Of a stretch of 64,000 nt of DNA, positions 36,616 to 49,100 are shown in pieces. This DNA comes from Eremomyces bilateralis CBS 781.70 (Eukaryota), in NCBI GenBank assembly GCA_010015585.1, contig ML975167.1. One strand, written 5' to 3'. A program made the position numbers and the translations under genes. Below the pieces are notes generated by a model. It saw nothing but the letters and a program-made list of their open reading frames with translations. It had not been told where the DNA came from and ran no database searches. The stretch's first letter is position 1. The number at the start of each line of letters is the position of its first letter.

Positions 36616-37687
36616 TCGTTGCAGTCGCGTTTGTTGATGACGATTACGACGGGATGAATTGTGCTTCATGAGCTGTTTTTACGGTACACATCATTTATGG
36701 GCCCTGGCGTCGAAGCGAAGTCGACGAGAGGAGAGCTACGAAGGTTCGAGGAAGCGGATTTCGTACCTCGGCATCGTCGGCCGCGTCACGCGATCGGGTC
36801 CTATTCGCATTTACAGGAGACATGTTCGGGGAGCTCTCACCGTTCCCCCCAAAAGAACCGGGAAATTCATCCGGATTCGATGCTCTCCCAGCACGGAAGC
36901 AATATTTTGCAGTCCGCACCCGCATGGTATACGGCGTCTTGACTCTTGCGAGTTGTTTTGAGATTTGGTTTTTTGGGAGATCTGGACCTTTTTCGGTTTC
37001 TTGCATCATTCTAGATCGGATGGGTTTTGGCACTGCATGAGATGACCGTGGACGTGGGAAACCCCCAACCGTCCAGATTAGATTTCACGACGATATGGAG
37101 AGGCTGGGTGGCGAAAAGTGTACTTATGTAGCTCGGAAATATCAAGATTTAGGTGGCCGGATGAGCCGCTTGATTCACACCCTTAAGCCTCTTTCCTGTT
37201 GTTCAAGTGCAAGTGATCACGTGGAGCGGTGATAGTAATCGAAATCCAGTTTTCCGTACATTGGAAATTCGTAGGTGTAGTATGTACAGAAGAAGAGTTT
37301 AAAGTCGCGGTGGAAATGCCCGATGATGATGCTCAGGAGAGTACGAGGTCAGTTCCGCCACAAGATCGTGAACCCTCCCATCGCAAAATCCAAGGGGATG
37401 CCAGACTTCAACAGTTTGTTCCTGTCATCGTACTCCATCCAACGCCCGAGATAGTCGAAAAGAAACATTCCTCAGAAGGCCCCGACTTGTATCGTCTAGC
37501 CCATGCACAAGGATGAGAACGGAGATGGCGATTGCTATGCTCAAATACGTGAAGAAATGCTACCTGGGGATATCAATCTAGAAGGACGGGCTAGCGGCTG
37601 TGGAGGGCCGCTGGATTACATGGTCGGACGTGGGGTCGGACGTCACCAAATGCCACAGACCCGACGGGGTCCCGGACATGCTCGGGA

Positions 37688-38950
37688 TCATCTATGATCC
37701 ATATCCAGCATCTCGTTCCCTTCCTTCTGCAGCCGCGTGATGGCCGCCTTCAACGTCTCGAACGTCAACATCGTCGTCATCGCCGCCGGTACGGCGCGGA
37801 TCATGTTCGTCCCCATGCCGTTATAGAACGACCGCCACCCTTCCTCGTGCAGGATGGCGCGCGCCGTTCGGATAACGCCTCGGTAGCGCGGCATGTTGAT
37901 CATCCCGTCGGACGATGCGGTGCCGGGGGCTCGCGAATGCACGCCCTGGCCCAGCCCGCCGCGGAAGGAGATGCCTTCGTGGGACGGGGAGGGGGCGATG
38001 CGCTGCTGGGTCTGCAGGCGGGTGCGGAGGACCTCGTGGGGATAGGTGGCGGAGGTGGCGCAGACCTTGCTGAGGAAGGTGGCGCCGAGGATTCCGAGCC
38101 AGTGCATGTCGTGGTCGTTGGGGGAGGCCTCGCCCATCTCGAGGCCGGTGAACTGCATCTTGAAGAACTCGTACAGGGGGAATTGGATGGCGACGTGGGA
38201 GAGGCCGAGGAGGGCGGGGGTGAGGCCTGAGTAGAAGGCGCGGAAGCCTTCGTTGCGCCACATCTTGCGGGCGGCGTCGAGGGTCGAGCGGTAGTACCAA
38301 GGCACGTTGGCTTCGGCGGGGGTTCGAGGGTGCATCTGCGACATGAGTCGGGTCTTGATGACCCAGATCGGATTGGTTGCGAGCGTAGAGCATGCGCCGG
38401 CGGTGATGGAGGCATATACTCGGCCGACCCATTTGTTCTCTGAGGAAAGTCAGCCATGTCAATCCCCTCGTATCCCTCTATGAGGAGATATACCTATTTG
38501 TGTATAGTAATACTCCCTTGACTTCTCATAAACGCTCATGTAGACTGCCCATGTCGGCAAATATCCCAAGAGCATGGGTCCCAGCCCTCGGTACAGTCCC
38601 CGAAACCTTTCTTCTCGCCATATTACTCTTGCTGTACCCATCATGCCATTATATAGCATATGCGATGGCGCTCGTTTGACGCTATGTACGCTGTATACCC
38701 CCTGGGCTTGCAACTTCGTTTTGATGACGTCGAGCGGACATGTGACGATCCCCGATGCCATCCCGGCCATGGCGCCGCAGAAGCTGTTCACCGTCGTGCT
38801 GGGTAGCTTGGTGCAATACAAAGCGAGGCGTGCGTTCGGTTCGGAGCGCGTCGTTTGCACCGGTGGTGCAGACGACGGGCCTCTCGACATCGAGCCCGGG
38901 GCATACTGTGACCGCTGGGATTCCGAAGCTTCGCCCTCTCGGTTTGACAT
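37688..38950 (-). CDS. Mitochondrial carrier, NAD+ transporter (NDT1/YIA6-like)
   Basis: Three carrier signatures: PLDVIKTKLQAQG, NPIWVIKTRLMSQ and YPHEVLRTRLQ; also GLYRGLGP...YLPTW. One intron at 38493-38440. Confidence 0.9.
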
Positions 38951-39549
38951 TCCTCGACGCTCGATCGGCGCCGCTCCTCTGATTCAGCTCGATAACCGTG
39001 GGACGGCTAGCTCATTCGCAAGGGTCGGCGGATGACGAAGGTTCGAAGGTTCGAAGGGTGAGGGTCGATACGTGCTATCGGAGTGCCTTTGGACCTCCGT
39101 TCGCGAGGTTGGTCCGCGCAGCACTCCGAAAACACGATGGCTAGCGATTGGAAAACTCCATTTACCAGGGACAAGGTGGGTGCGATCAATAGGGGAGACG
39201 GGGAGGTCAATTGTGGGATCAAACGAGAGGAATTCGAGGCTAGCGTGGAGATATATTGTTATTGAGAGGTGGAGGTTGACAAATGCCCCGCGAAAAGACG
39301 AGACGCCGGATGGCGGCAGGGGAATTGCACCAAGCAGATTTATGGCCTCAGGCTGCAAGGCGTAAAACAGATTACATAATATCTTAGATCACGTCGACGG
39401 TGATTGGCTATGTCATGTGACACAGTCCATCTCGCAACCTTTTCGACTTCATGCCATTGAGGTCAATTGTCCTGTAGCGTTCTGGTTCCCCTCGCCATCC
39501 ATCATACGTTCATTGGGTCTTTACTCCCGACTCTTCCCAATCTGCAGAG

Positions 39550-40102
39550 ATGTCGGCACCACATTTTGCCAATTTCGTCGTCAAGAGGCCATGGCTTCGG
39601 GCCTGGATGCAGCCGCTGGCTAACTGGTATGCCAACGCCTCGGGATATCGTCAGATCGGTCTGAGGTAAGTTCATGCTCGGTTCATCGCCCATTGTCGGT
39701 TATGTTATGGGCTGACATGAGAGCGGACAGGGCCGATGATTTGATCCCCGAAGAAAGCGACATCGTTCAGCAAGCCTTGAAGCGACTACCCCCGAAAGAA
39801 GCCTACGACCGTGTCTTCCGGATGCGAAGAGCTTTCCAAGTACGATCACCAAGAGTCTTGCTCAATATTCCATCCGACTAACAGCTATAGTGCTCGCTTT
39901 CACATCAACTGCTCCCGAAGGCAGAACAGACGACCGCAGAACAGGTCCGTCGCATCTTCCACTCCAACCCGAGGCTACCATGCTAACAACATCGCAGGAT
40001 GTCCCGTATCTTTCACCGATCATCGAAGCTATCGAAGCCGAGCAGAAAGAGCGGGCGGATATGGATGCTATTGTCGTTGCGCGCCCGAAGGCGCAGCACT
40101 AA
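39550..40102 (+). CDS. QCR7: Cytochrome bc1 complex subunit 7 (4 exons)
   Basis: Spliced product reads [16 protein letters not shown]...[22 protein letters not shown]...[31 protein letters not shown]...-DVPYLSPII. Confidence 0.95.
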
Positions 40103-40601
40103 GCTCAGTCGAACCGCATCTCCACACCGTTCTTTGTCAATATTGATAGAATGTACAATACCAGAGGAGTGTCTCAATACGAACGATAAGAATCAGTTAT
40201 ACGTTTGTGCCGAGCATCCATAGCCAAGAGGCTTGACCGACCAGCTGATATGAATTGAATCTTGTCCCATATTGTATTGATTCACTCTCGGGCAGGATCG
40301 GAACTTCCCATTTGGTCCCATACATGCATGAGTATTGTGATGCCGGGTTTCATTACGGAAAGGGTTCTTTGTCGGGGTACATACTTGCGCGACTCACGTA
40401 GTACTTCATGAGATCAGAATTGCTATGTAACATGCTACAGCTCACTTGAGTAAGGCCTGTTGGCATGACATTTGTGTGAACGATTCCATACTTCCCGCCA
40501 TCCCCACTAAACCCCACTGCCATGTTCATCTAATTGCCATGAATAGTCTGACACAGACACTACGCCGACCATTGGACGCGACTCCCCGGGGTTAAGCCTC
40601 C

Positions 40602-41336
40602 TCACATTCCAGATCGAATGGCCGACTTGAACGGATAAATCTGTACCTATTTCCTGTCAGGATCTGCATATACATTATGCCTTCCAGAACGTCAGAAAAC
40701 ACTTACTTTGTTCCAATCCCACACCTGACCAACAGTATATGGATCCGCCTTCAGCTTCTCCAACAACTCCTCCTGAGTAGCTGCTCGCGCTAGCAGAGCG
40801 CTCCCGACCATGGGAGGAGGGTCTTTAGAGTCCGGAGGTGGATGAGAGGAGAGGAGAGCACCTTGAAATTGTTAGGGGGTCGTCTGTATATCTCTGGTTC
40901 TCGGTGCTTGGAAATCTGTTCATCGGCAACCAAAGAAGTTCAGCGTACCTCCCATTAGCCAGAAGCCGGATTCAATGCCTGGCTTTAGTCCCGCGAAATG
41001 TTTTCTATCGAGCGATTAGATACTGTTTATAATCGATCACGGACGTGCCATCTGATTGAGAAGATGAATCGATGACGTTGGGGTAGTATCGATGCTTCCT
41101 GCGGGATTCGACCGAGCATCGTACAGTACATAGTATATAGGACAACGTGAGACTTACGGACGCACTTCCAACCGTCGCTCAAGCGCATTCTCCTGATCCG
41201 GTAAAATCACCAGCCATTCGTTGTTCGCCGATGCGTTGGAAGACGACGCCATGGTTGCTCGGAACACTGGTCGATTGAGGGACAACGGTATCGGTAGACG
41301 CCGTGGGGAGGAACGTAAGATAGATTGACGAATCAT
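40602..41336 (-). CDS. YCII-related domain protein with putative mitochondrial presequence (4 exons)
   Basis: Spliced product reads EWLVILPD..NALERRLEVRP-KHFAGL...GFWLMG-GALL...MVGSALL.RA.TQEE..EKLKADPYT...VWDWNK-VQIYPFKSA, which is the YCII/YciI pattern. Mostly absent from the ORF track because exons are short. Confidence 0.88.
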
Positions 41337-41660
41337 TCGCGCGTCAGGGAATATCCGTCTCCTGTTGATGCTAACGGTTGAGATGTCGCGAGCAGATTAA
41401 GGCAGGTTTTTCTGTTGTTGGCAACAGACAGATTCCTGTGATGGCCTAAACTGCGGGAGATCGTGATACGCCCTAAAATTGACATCGTTCAAATGAGGAC
41501 GGTAGGATCAGAATCTCACCCAATCTACCCTGCTTATCTAGGAATTCAAGTTTGCTCGACATATAAATATGCTGTATTGAGTAATATGTATCACCTAATA
41601 AGGGATTATTCCTTCGATTGGGACTTATCCTGCCCCCAACCTCGTATGCCGTCCCAACAT

Positions 41661-43185
41661 TCATAGATTTCCAGTAAAGGGGCCATCATCCTCCTCCGCA
41701 GCGGTTGCCATCGCCGGTCTCCTAATCGCCTTGCTCGCCTTGGAGGCGCCTACCAGCACCTCGTCTATCCGTCCTTTCGCCAGACTGATGCCAGGAACCA
41801 CCCAGGCGCCACAGCTACACTTCATGCCCTGCCACGCGTACTTCCCAACATTTGTTGCGCACTTGGGACACTCCACGCGCCCTTCCAGCTTGCCTTGTTC
41901 CAACTCGGGGCGCATCCAGGAGAGAGGATCTATGAAGTAGTGTGCACATTCGGTACTAGATGGTTCATTTGAGATGGCGTTACCATGCTGTGATAACTTC
42001 ACCTTTGCCTCATGGGGAAGGACGTATTGTGACGTTGCTAGAGTTCTCCTGCATAAATCATGAGCATTTTTTCCTAGAAAAGGGTCTGTATGAGTTCTCA
42101 CCTGCATTTCCGACATCTCATTTCGAACCCCTCGCTCGTACCATCCCATAGGGTATGCTCGTCTTCAAATCGTATCTTGTCTGTATCTGGAGGCATTCCA
42201 CATGACCGACTGAGTTCCACTTCTCTTTGATATAACCATTTCTGATAAATAGCAGTGTCCTCAACGGACTCGGGGGCTTTCATTGTGTAATACAACTCCA
42301 GTTGCTGCATGAACCCGTCATTGGGTTCGACGAATGGCCGACTCTGCCGTATTTGCTCAATGGCTTGCTGAGGTGTAATGCCGTATTTGTGTATTAGGAA
42401 AGCGACCACACATGTTGCCGAGCGGGACTTTCCCATCGCACTGTGAAGTTCTCAGCCTATGCAATTTGGCCATGATGATTACAACAAGGACGCTAGACGA
42501 TAAAAAGGGATAAAGGATCGCCCTGCCGTTCCAGGTGCTCAAAATAACAGTTGATCCACAGCTAATATGCTAAATGAATCCTTCCGGAGCATTTTTCTTG
42601 CCCTTTCCAGTACAGAATATGAGACTTATGGTGAGACCCAGGGGCTGTTGTGACGGGTGTAGTGCGCATTCAGACGACTCCAACTGTTAAATGGAACTGA
42701 TGACCCTGGAGAAACAAGAAACAAAACGAGGATGACTATATGAAGCCATGCAACATAGGACGGCGTTGGTGGATGAAACTCAGTGCCGATCATGGGTCGG
42801 GATAGAGCTTGCGAATAGCGAAATAGCCACAGTGGGAATACACCTACCAGTGAACAAGCACACCACCACCGCCATTCAACCCTTCTTGGATGAAAGCATT
42901 GGTGGCCGGGAAATACTGCAAGAGATTCTCATCATCGACATCGTCTACATGGATGGCTAAATGCTTGTAAGGGAGAAATAGCTCTTTTTCCGTGTCCACT
43001 CGGAGAACCGAGAGGACATGAGTAATATTGGCCTCCTCAAGCGTCTGCCGGCGTCGTACTGTGAACAACCTGTGGGTTCGATGGTTAGATCGCGGATGAC
43101 ATCCCGTCAAGGGTGAGGAAAGATTACCGACTTACCCACCGATATACAACTGGAGCTCGCCAGGCACTTTGTCCAAGATGCCCAT
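41661..43185 (-). CDS. YVH1: Dual-specificity phosphatase YVH1/DUSP12
   Basis: LYIGG, ITHVLSVL, VDDVDDENLL, VLVHC-AMGKSRSAT, EPNDGFMQQL, then a zinc domain RCRKCRR.LA, CAHYFIDPLSWM, CPKC..NVG..AWQGMKCSCG.WV.P. Confidence 0.93.
42535..42720 (-). ncRNA. Candidate intronic two-hairpin RNA (H/ACA snoRNA-like) in the YVH1 intron
   Basis: Sense strand shows stem CTTGTTTCTCCAG...CTGGAAAGGGCAAG, hinge AGAAAA (ANANNA), then a second hairpin TGCTC/GAGCA with inner stem GATTCAT/GTGGATC and an internal loop. The terminal box reads ACC rather than ACA. Confidence 0.4.
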
Positions 43186-46100
43186 GGCTTGGGCAAATCA
43201 GGCGGTTGAGATGGGTTCGATTAGGATGTTACGCGATTCGGGCGAATCTTGAAAGATCAAATGCCTTGCATGAGAAGTCCAGCCGCGGACAGGATATTGT
43301 GCATAAGATATGGAGCCAATTGGATAGCAGAAGTTCCGAAATCGTTGACCAAAGTTTGGTGGCAACTTTTCAGGTACTCAATATTGGAGTCGGGGCCTCC
43401 GGGGTGCCGGCGGTGGAAGAGAAAAGGCCGCTTTAGGTGCTGCAAATTGCAATAGTTCACGGCTAGTCCCAATAGTTGTTACCATTTCTCGAAAAAGGGG
43501 ACCTCTAGGTTTTGGGCCAGTTCAAAACTTCCAATCACTCTGTCGCGGTGACCCTCGGTGAAGTCGAGACTCGAGATGTTCGACGCGAGTGGTCACCAAG
43601 CAACCGAGGATCCACATCCGACCCGGCGCCTTTAGGTTCTATTTATTCCACGAACTCCAACTAATCCGATACAGTCTACGGAATACACAACACAACCGAC
43701 TGAAGTATCAATCATATTGATAGCAGCCTTGTCGGGAAATTTAGGTCTTCGACCACGAAACAAGGAGAGCAAGCTGCCTGATCTGGACTTGGTTTGCCCC
43801 TCGTACTTCAGTACCTTACCTTAAGTCGGACCTTATTCTCAATTGAGATCCTAACACTCCACGACACCGGACAGTCGACAGAACTTGTGCTACTGCTGCT
43901 AAATTGTGTCTCAACTCGCAAGTCGCAGGTAGGCTGTGCTATTCTGTGGTTCTCAGGCCCCGCTCGCACGAGACAGTGATCAGTGTAGACCTCGCCTTAC
44001 AAGGCTGAGGTATTGCATTGTTAAAGGCTGAAGCCCTACGACCAATTTACCAAGTGTGCCATCGTGATGCAAACGTCGTGTGATAGCAGGGTTCCTGCCC
44101 TGCTTGAGACACCCACACCCAGGTTCGCCCTTCACAAAGCCGTTGAGAGTTGCAGCTGCAAAGGCAAGGAACCGCGAGATCGGCGATGTGTCCCTATGCC
44201 CTGTTGGCTGTGAAACTAGAACTGCGCTCGGGAAATGCCGTTTGCAAGCAAGACTTCGACGGTTCGACCACAGCCCTTGTTGAGATCTTCGATTCAGTCG
44301 GGGTGGTTGAGTGTTGACCGATCGGTTTTGCTAGTTGCTAACTACCTACTTAGGTAGGTGGTGCTAGAACTTACCAGTAATCCTTCTGCAATCCTTATGC
44401 GAAGGGGTACGCACCGCTATTCCCCAGACCATTATGAGGGACGGCCTCCGCCCCCACTGAGTATTGGTGTGATGATCAGATGAAGATTCAAGATAGTGTT
44501 CCCCTCGGATCGTGCGCTCGAATTTTTCTCTGTGCTTCGGGCTCCGGATTTGATGGGTCCATGACCCTTGGCATCCTTAGAAGTGGCAAGTATCCTAAAG
44601 ATTCACTTCTACAGAGTACGGAAGTACCTGTAGTCCTGTACATGTACTGGGTTACCCTGGGGCGACGACGAGGGGAAGTGAACGATGTGGAGAGAGAGTT
44701 CTCCGGGTAGCCCCCAAATCGACACCTGATCGACACAGCATATTCGATAGGGCGAAGCCCGCGGATGGAAGTAGTGAGCAACTGTGGACATGGCCTGGAT
44801 ATATTGTGCTTAGAACACACCGTCGATGAACGAATGATACCGTTCCGTTAGTGACCTCGATCAAGCTTGCTTCTCGAGGCCTTCGGTGACTGGTTCCAGC
44901 GAAGGCTTGTCGAATAGTGAAAACCCTCTGACATACCCCGTCATCTGCACAATCAAAGGCCACCGGGGAAGGAGGTGGCACTTGGCAGGCTGGCAAGTGG
45001 CAGTCCATCTCAAGGACCCTGCAGATTTCGAAGAGCCAAGCCGAAGCGATTGTGATGATATCAGAATACATGATAATCATGCATGGATGAGGATATGAGG
45101 ACTCGATATCTTGCCCGCCGCACAAAAGTGAGCCCCAGTCTCTAGACATCATAGTCCATACCCCATAATCTACGTGCCAGCCGAGCAACGTCTCGGTCCA
45201 TGTAGAGCATGGCGAGGGGACGAAAATAGTAGATTGAAGTGCACATGGCTGAAACCGAGGCTCCCAGTTCCCCGGACAATGCCGAAATTGACTTGACGGG
45301 ATGAACAATGGGAGAACCGCCGAAGGAGTCGGAATAGGTATAAGATAGGGTATACTAGTCGGCCATCACCCATAGGGCACGGAATAACAAGCCAGCCCTG
45401 GAGTTGCTCGAAACTCGAAACTCGAAAGTAATAAGAATCAGATTTATCAGGAAGATACAGGATACTACCGCCCCCACCGCCGGGGCCAGTCCTGCCCAGA
45501 CTTAGCGCCAGTTGCCCCGCATCGCGGCATCACTGATTCACTGGGGTTCATTCCGGCGAAAGTGCGAATTCTTATCCCCTGTAAGGCTGATCGGAGGATC
45601 GTAATTTGTACGGACTATGAACCTTCTCTTCCAAGTTCTATTGGAGCAGTACTCCACTGATGGTCCTCGCGTCCGGCATTTAAGCTGGAGTTTCGAAATC
45701 TGAACTATGGAGAACCGGTTTCTGTTTTATCAATCAAGCATAGTGTACATTATTATGTCGAGCGACTCGCTTTCAAAGTCGCCACATACATGTACCTACT
45801 ACCTAGCGGATGGCTGATTGAAGGCGAAGGAAACCAAAAGTGTGAGGACTGAGGACTGAGGATGGGACATTCGAACTCATGCAAGCCTCCGGCACTCCGG
45901 CTGATTATGCCCGCCCGTATTTGTGGGAGGTTGGTAATTTTGTCTGGAATCTGGACGTGGGATGGGACTAGGACGGGATGGGAACTGGTGGTATTATCAT
46001 TGATTGATATGAATTCGGAATGTTCCAGGTGTGCAAGCAACTCGCCAGTCGCCACTGCTTCCAATTTACAGCATCTCGTGTGCCTGTCAATTTGGCGAAT

Positions 46101-49100
46101 AATGTTCGCTCCGAGGGATGGAAAGTCTGCTTCAGGTTTTGTTTTGTTCTCCCGTTGCGGGCCGGCTATTTGCTGCATGGCTGCAGTGCATATCAGTGCA
46201 AACTGCAATGCAGCCTGGCGTAGACGTCGATAATTGGTCATCCTGTCTCCTTCGTTATCCATATGTGAGAAGCATGCGCTCTCCAACCAATGGAATGATG
46301 GAATCCCAGGTTTGGAGCTTGCATGTCACTGTTGAAGACGGGCACATTGGAATCTCCCGCAAAAAAAATTGTTTTCAAATGGGGAAACAAAGGAGAATAG
46401 ATATGGGCATGTTCCTTCATAATTCTAGCTTCTCAGTAAGTACTTGGTGAAAGGAGAGAACCCAGGATGTTTCCACACTTTGCAGTCTGCAGTCTGCGGT
46501 CAGCACCCTGATCAGAGGGAAATCTAAAAAGAACGTCGACACCGACAGTGTGGTTTGTGGTCATTTTGAAGCTTCAGGCATTGGACTGTCTTCGGCCTCG
46601 TCTAGCTCGGACCGCGATTCGCTTTATTCCAATGACAACATCGCACGCCAATCATTGCCGGGCAAAGTCGCCATGTAGTGGATATAGGATAACGGATCGG
46701 GGTAGAAGATGAATTGGGGACAGAGCAGGGGGGTATTTGGTTGGGAGATGTTTCAATGTCATGATTGACGATACCTAATAGGATAGGGTAATAATGTGTA
46801 TCAGGAATAATGTCCTCAATCTCCATCGTGAGGATTTCATGATTCCATGATCCAGTCCTGAACTCTAACAATAAACCCCGACGTGAAAACGAAAGAAAGC
46901 TGTGGATGGGAAGGACTAAGACTGCAGAGGGCTAAAAAGAACGTATCCTCGCAGCACTAGGCAGGTCGTTCGAGGTGGAGTGGTGAAAGAAATACGAAAT
47001 GCTGAACGCCGAAAGGGGCAAAGGGCATACTAAGCGTTGCAGCAGCCAGCACGCCCAGAACTGCGCAGGTTGCGTGTGGACGTGTGGTGGACCGGCGCGG
47101 GACGGCTGCTGATGCGGGCAATGCCACGAGCACACCACTGACCATTGCTCAGTGCTCACCCCGACCAGTGAGATGGGAGACCACTGACCACTGACCAGTC
47201 ATCTCACCACTCATCACCAGTCACCACTGGACCGTTTGGACTTTGGAGGACTCAGAAGTCAGAACTAAACTTGGGAGCTGGAACTCTGGAGATGCCCAGG
47301 ACGACAGGTAGACGGCTGGAGGACGTGCGCTGCATGATTCCGTTCCATTGTTCCAACTTCCAGAAGCCCAAATTCCAAAAGGGAATTGGAAATAGGTAGG
47401 TAAGCTATCTTGGGTATGTGCTTCTGGCATCAATTAATAGCGGGAGGCCTGGAGACGGTACGTCCGTAAACGATTTAATTCCATCCTGACAGTGCTGTGA
47501 TGTGGTAAGATTTAAGAATTAGTTCGGAGGGAGCTTCCGCAGTGAGCAGGAACTCGGTCCTCTTTTTGTTCCACGACATCTGTGCTTCTCGCCATTGTCC
47601 TCTGAACTCTTCCTCAGATAGAAGTCCAGACTACACTATTAGTCTATTACTACTAAATGCAGACCATGACCGAGTACTTCCGCTTTTAAGCGACTCGGTA
47701 GGGCTCCACAGCCTCTGTGCTTTCTCATCTCATCTTGGATTCCTTGATCCTTCGCTCCCTCATTTTTGAACCTCCACTCTCCTGCAGATCGGAAAATAAG
47801 AGGCAAGGCGGATCGAACCGTGAACGTCGAGTGACATGCGCCAATGATGGAGCGAAAGTTTGAAACCGAGCGACATTATTCATAATGCTGGACATCGTCC
47901 CCAATCTTTGTTGACTGGCCTGGTGGCGCTCGTGAAGATTGAAGAGCGAAGACTGAAGAGGAAAAAGCCAGGACGAGTGAACGACCCTCATCCTCATCCA
48001 TTCACGAGGCTCCCGAGCGGACCGATGAGTGGTCACCGCTACTTGATAGTAGATGTCCCTGGAGGCTGGGATATTAATAGTGGGATTGGATCTCAGTGAG
48101 GTGGTCTGTGTCCGGTATCGCAAGTTCGCAACCATCAAGTCACGAACGTCGCTTGTCGCGATGCGCGTCTTAGTTTGCGGTTTGACACTCGACATTTGTC
48201 TAATACGTCGCCGCTGTGGCCGTAGAAGACACTAATATCTGAGGCTTGATATCCTCGCGCTCTAACTGCGAACCGAGGTGCAAATATGACAAGAAGAGCG
48301 ACGATGCTAAGTCTCAGATTGCCATATTGGATATAGTACATAGTGAGTAGGACGCCGATGTCGATACTGTCAGACTTAGCGCAATGAAGAAAGTGAACAG
48401 TTTTGATACGACATCATGAGGACGGTTATAATTTGACTTCGACGTCCCTATCACCGATGCGCCATTCCATCCGCAATTTGATGCCCCTCGCCTCGACCAC
48501 GGAAATGTATCATGGAATTCAAGCGCCATCTCCGCTTAACGTGGTATTTGACAAGGTTCGTAAATAAGTTCGAAGAGGGCAACCAGGCCGACGTCTCGAC
48601 CAACTGGAAACCGACAGTTCGGTGGTGGACAGGTGGTTAGGTGGTGTCATGATGCTCGTTGCTTACCGTATTGCCTCACATCCAGCAAACTGAAATAGCC
48701 TATGGGGGTCAGTAATATTGTTCCTGGGTCTGCTCACAACTACTGCTATTCGTCCAATTTCGATATCATACCGGTATTAATTACAGACCATTACCGTGCC
48801 CCCGTACAGTCACTAGTGACCAGCGCTACAGACAGATACCTAATTCCTGAATCCTCCCCATGTGCCAAGACTGTGGCTTCATTGAGCCTTGCTGGCTCGC
48901 TGCCCTGATGCATCGTGTCTTTCCTGGGTGCATTTGCCTCCAATCATGATGTATTGACTCGGCTATGGACTGCCAACCCTTGAAGGCCGTTCCGCAGTTC
49001 TGCTCGCCTCCCAGCTCCAGTGTGTCTTTGACAGAGCGGACCTGTGATCCGGCACTGCAACTCCAATCTGTTACATCCAGAATCCAGATGTGAGATGAAT

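Noticed and set aside
39037..39057. GGTTCGA motifs (also near 43215, 44261 and 54836) as tRNA T-loops
   Set aside because: No cloverleaf stems or A-box at the proper spacing; the 39037 case is a simple GAAGGTTC tandem repeat.
42697..42715. CTGATGA...GAAAC resembling a hammerhead ribozyme core (plus strand)
   Set aside because: The 7 nt between the boxes (CCCTGGA) cannot form stem II with the required closing pair, I found no stems I/III, and it is antisense to the host gene.
44652..46450. ORFs of 110-218 aa in the large intergenic gap (also 49366-50007)
   Set aside because: Mostly non-ATG starts, Cys/Trp/Ser/Arg-rich random-like composition, and no motifs or codon bias.
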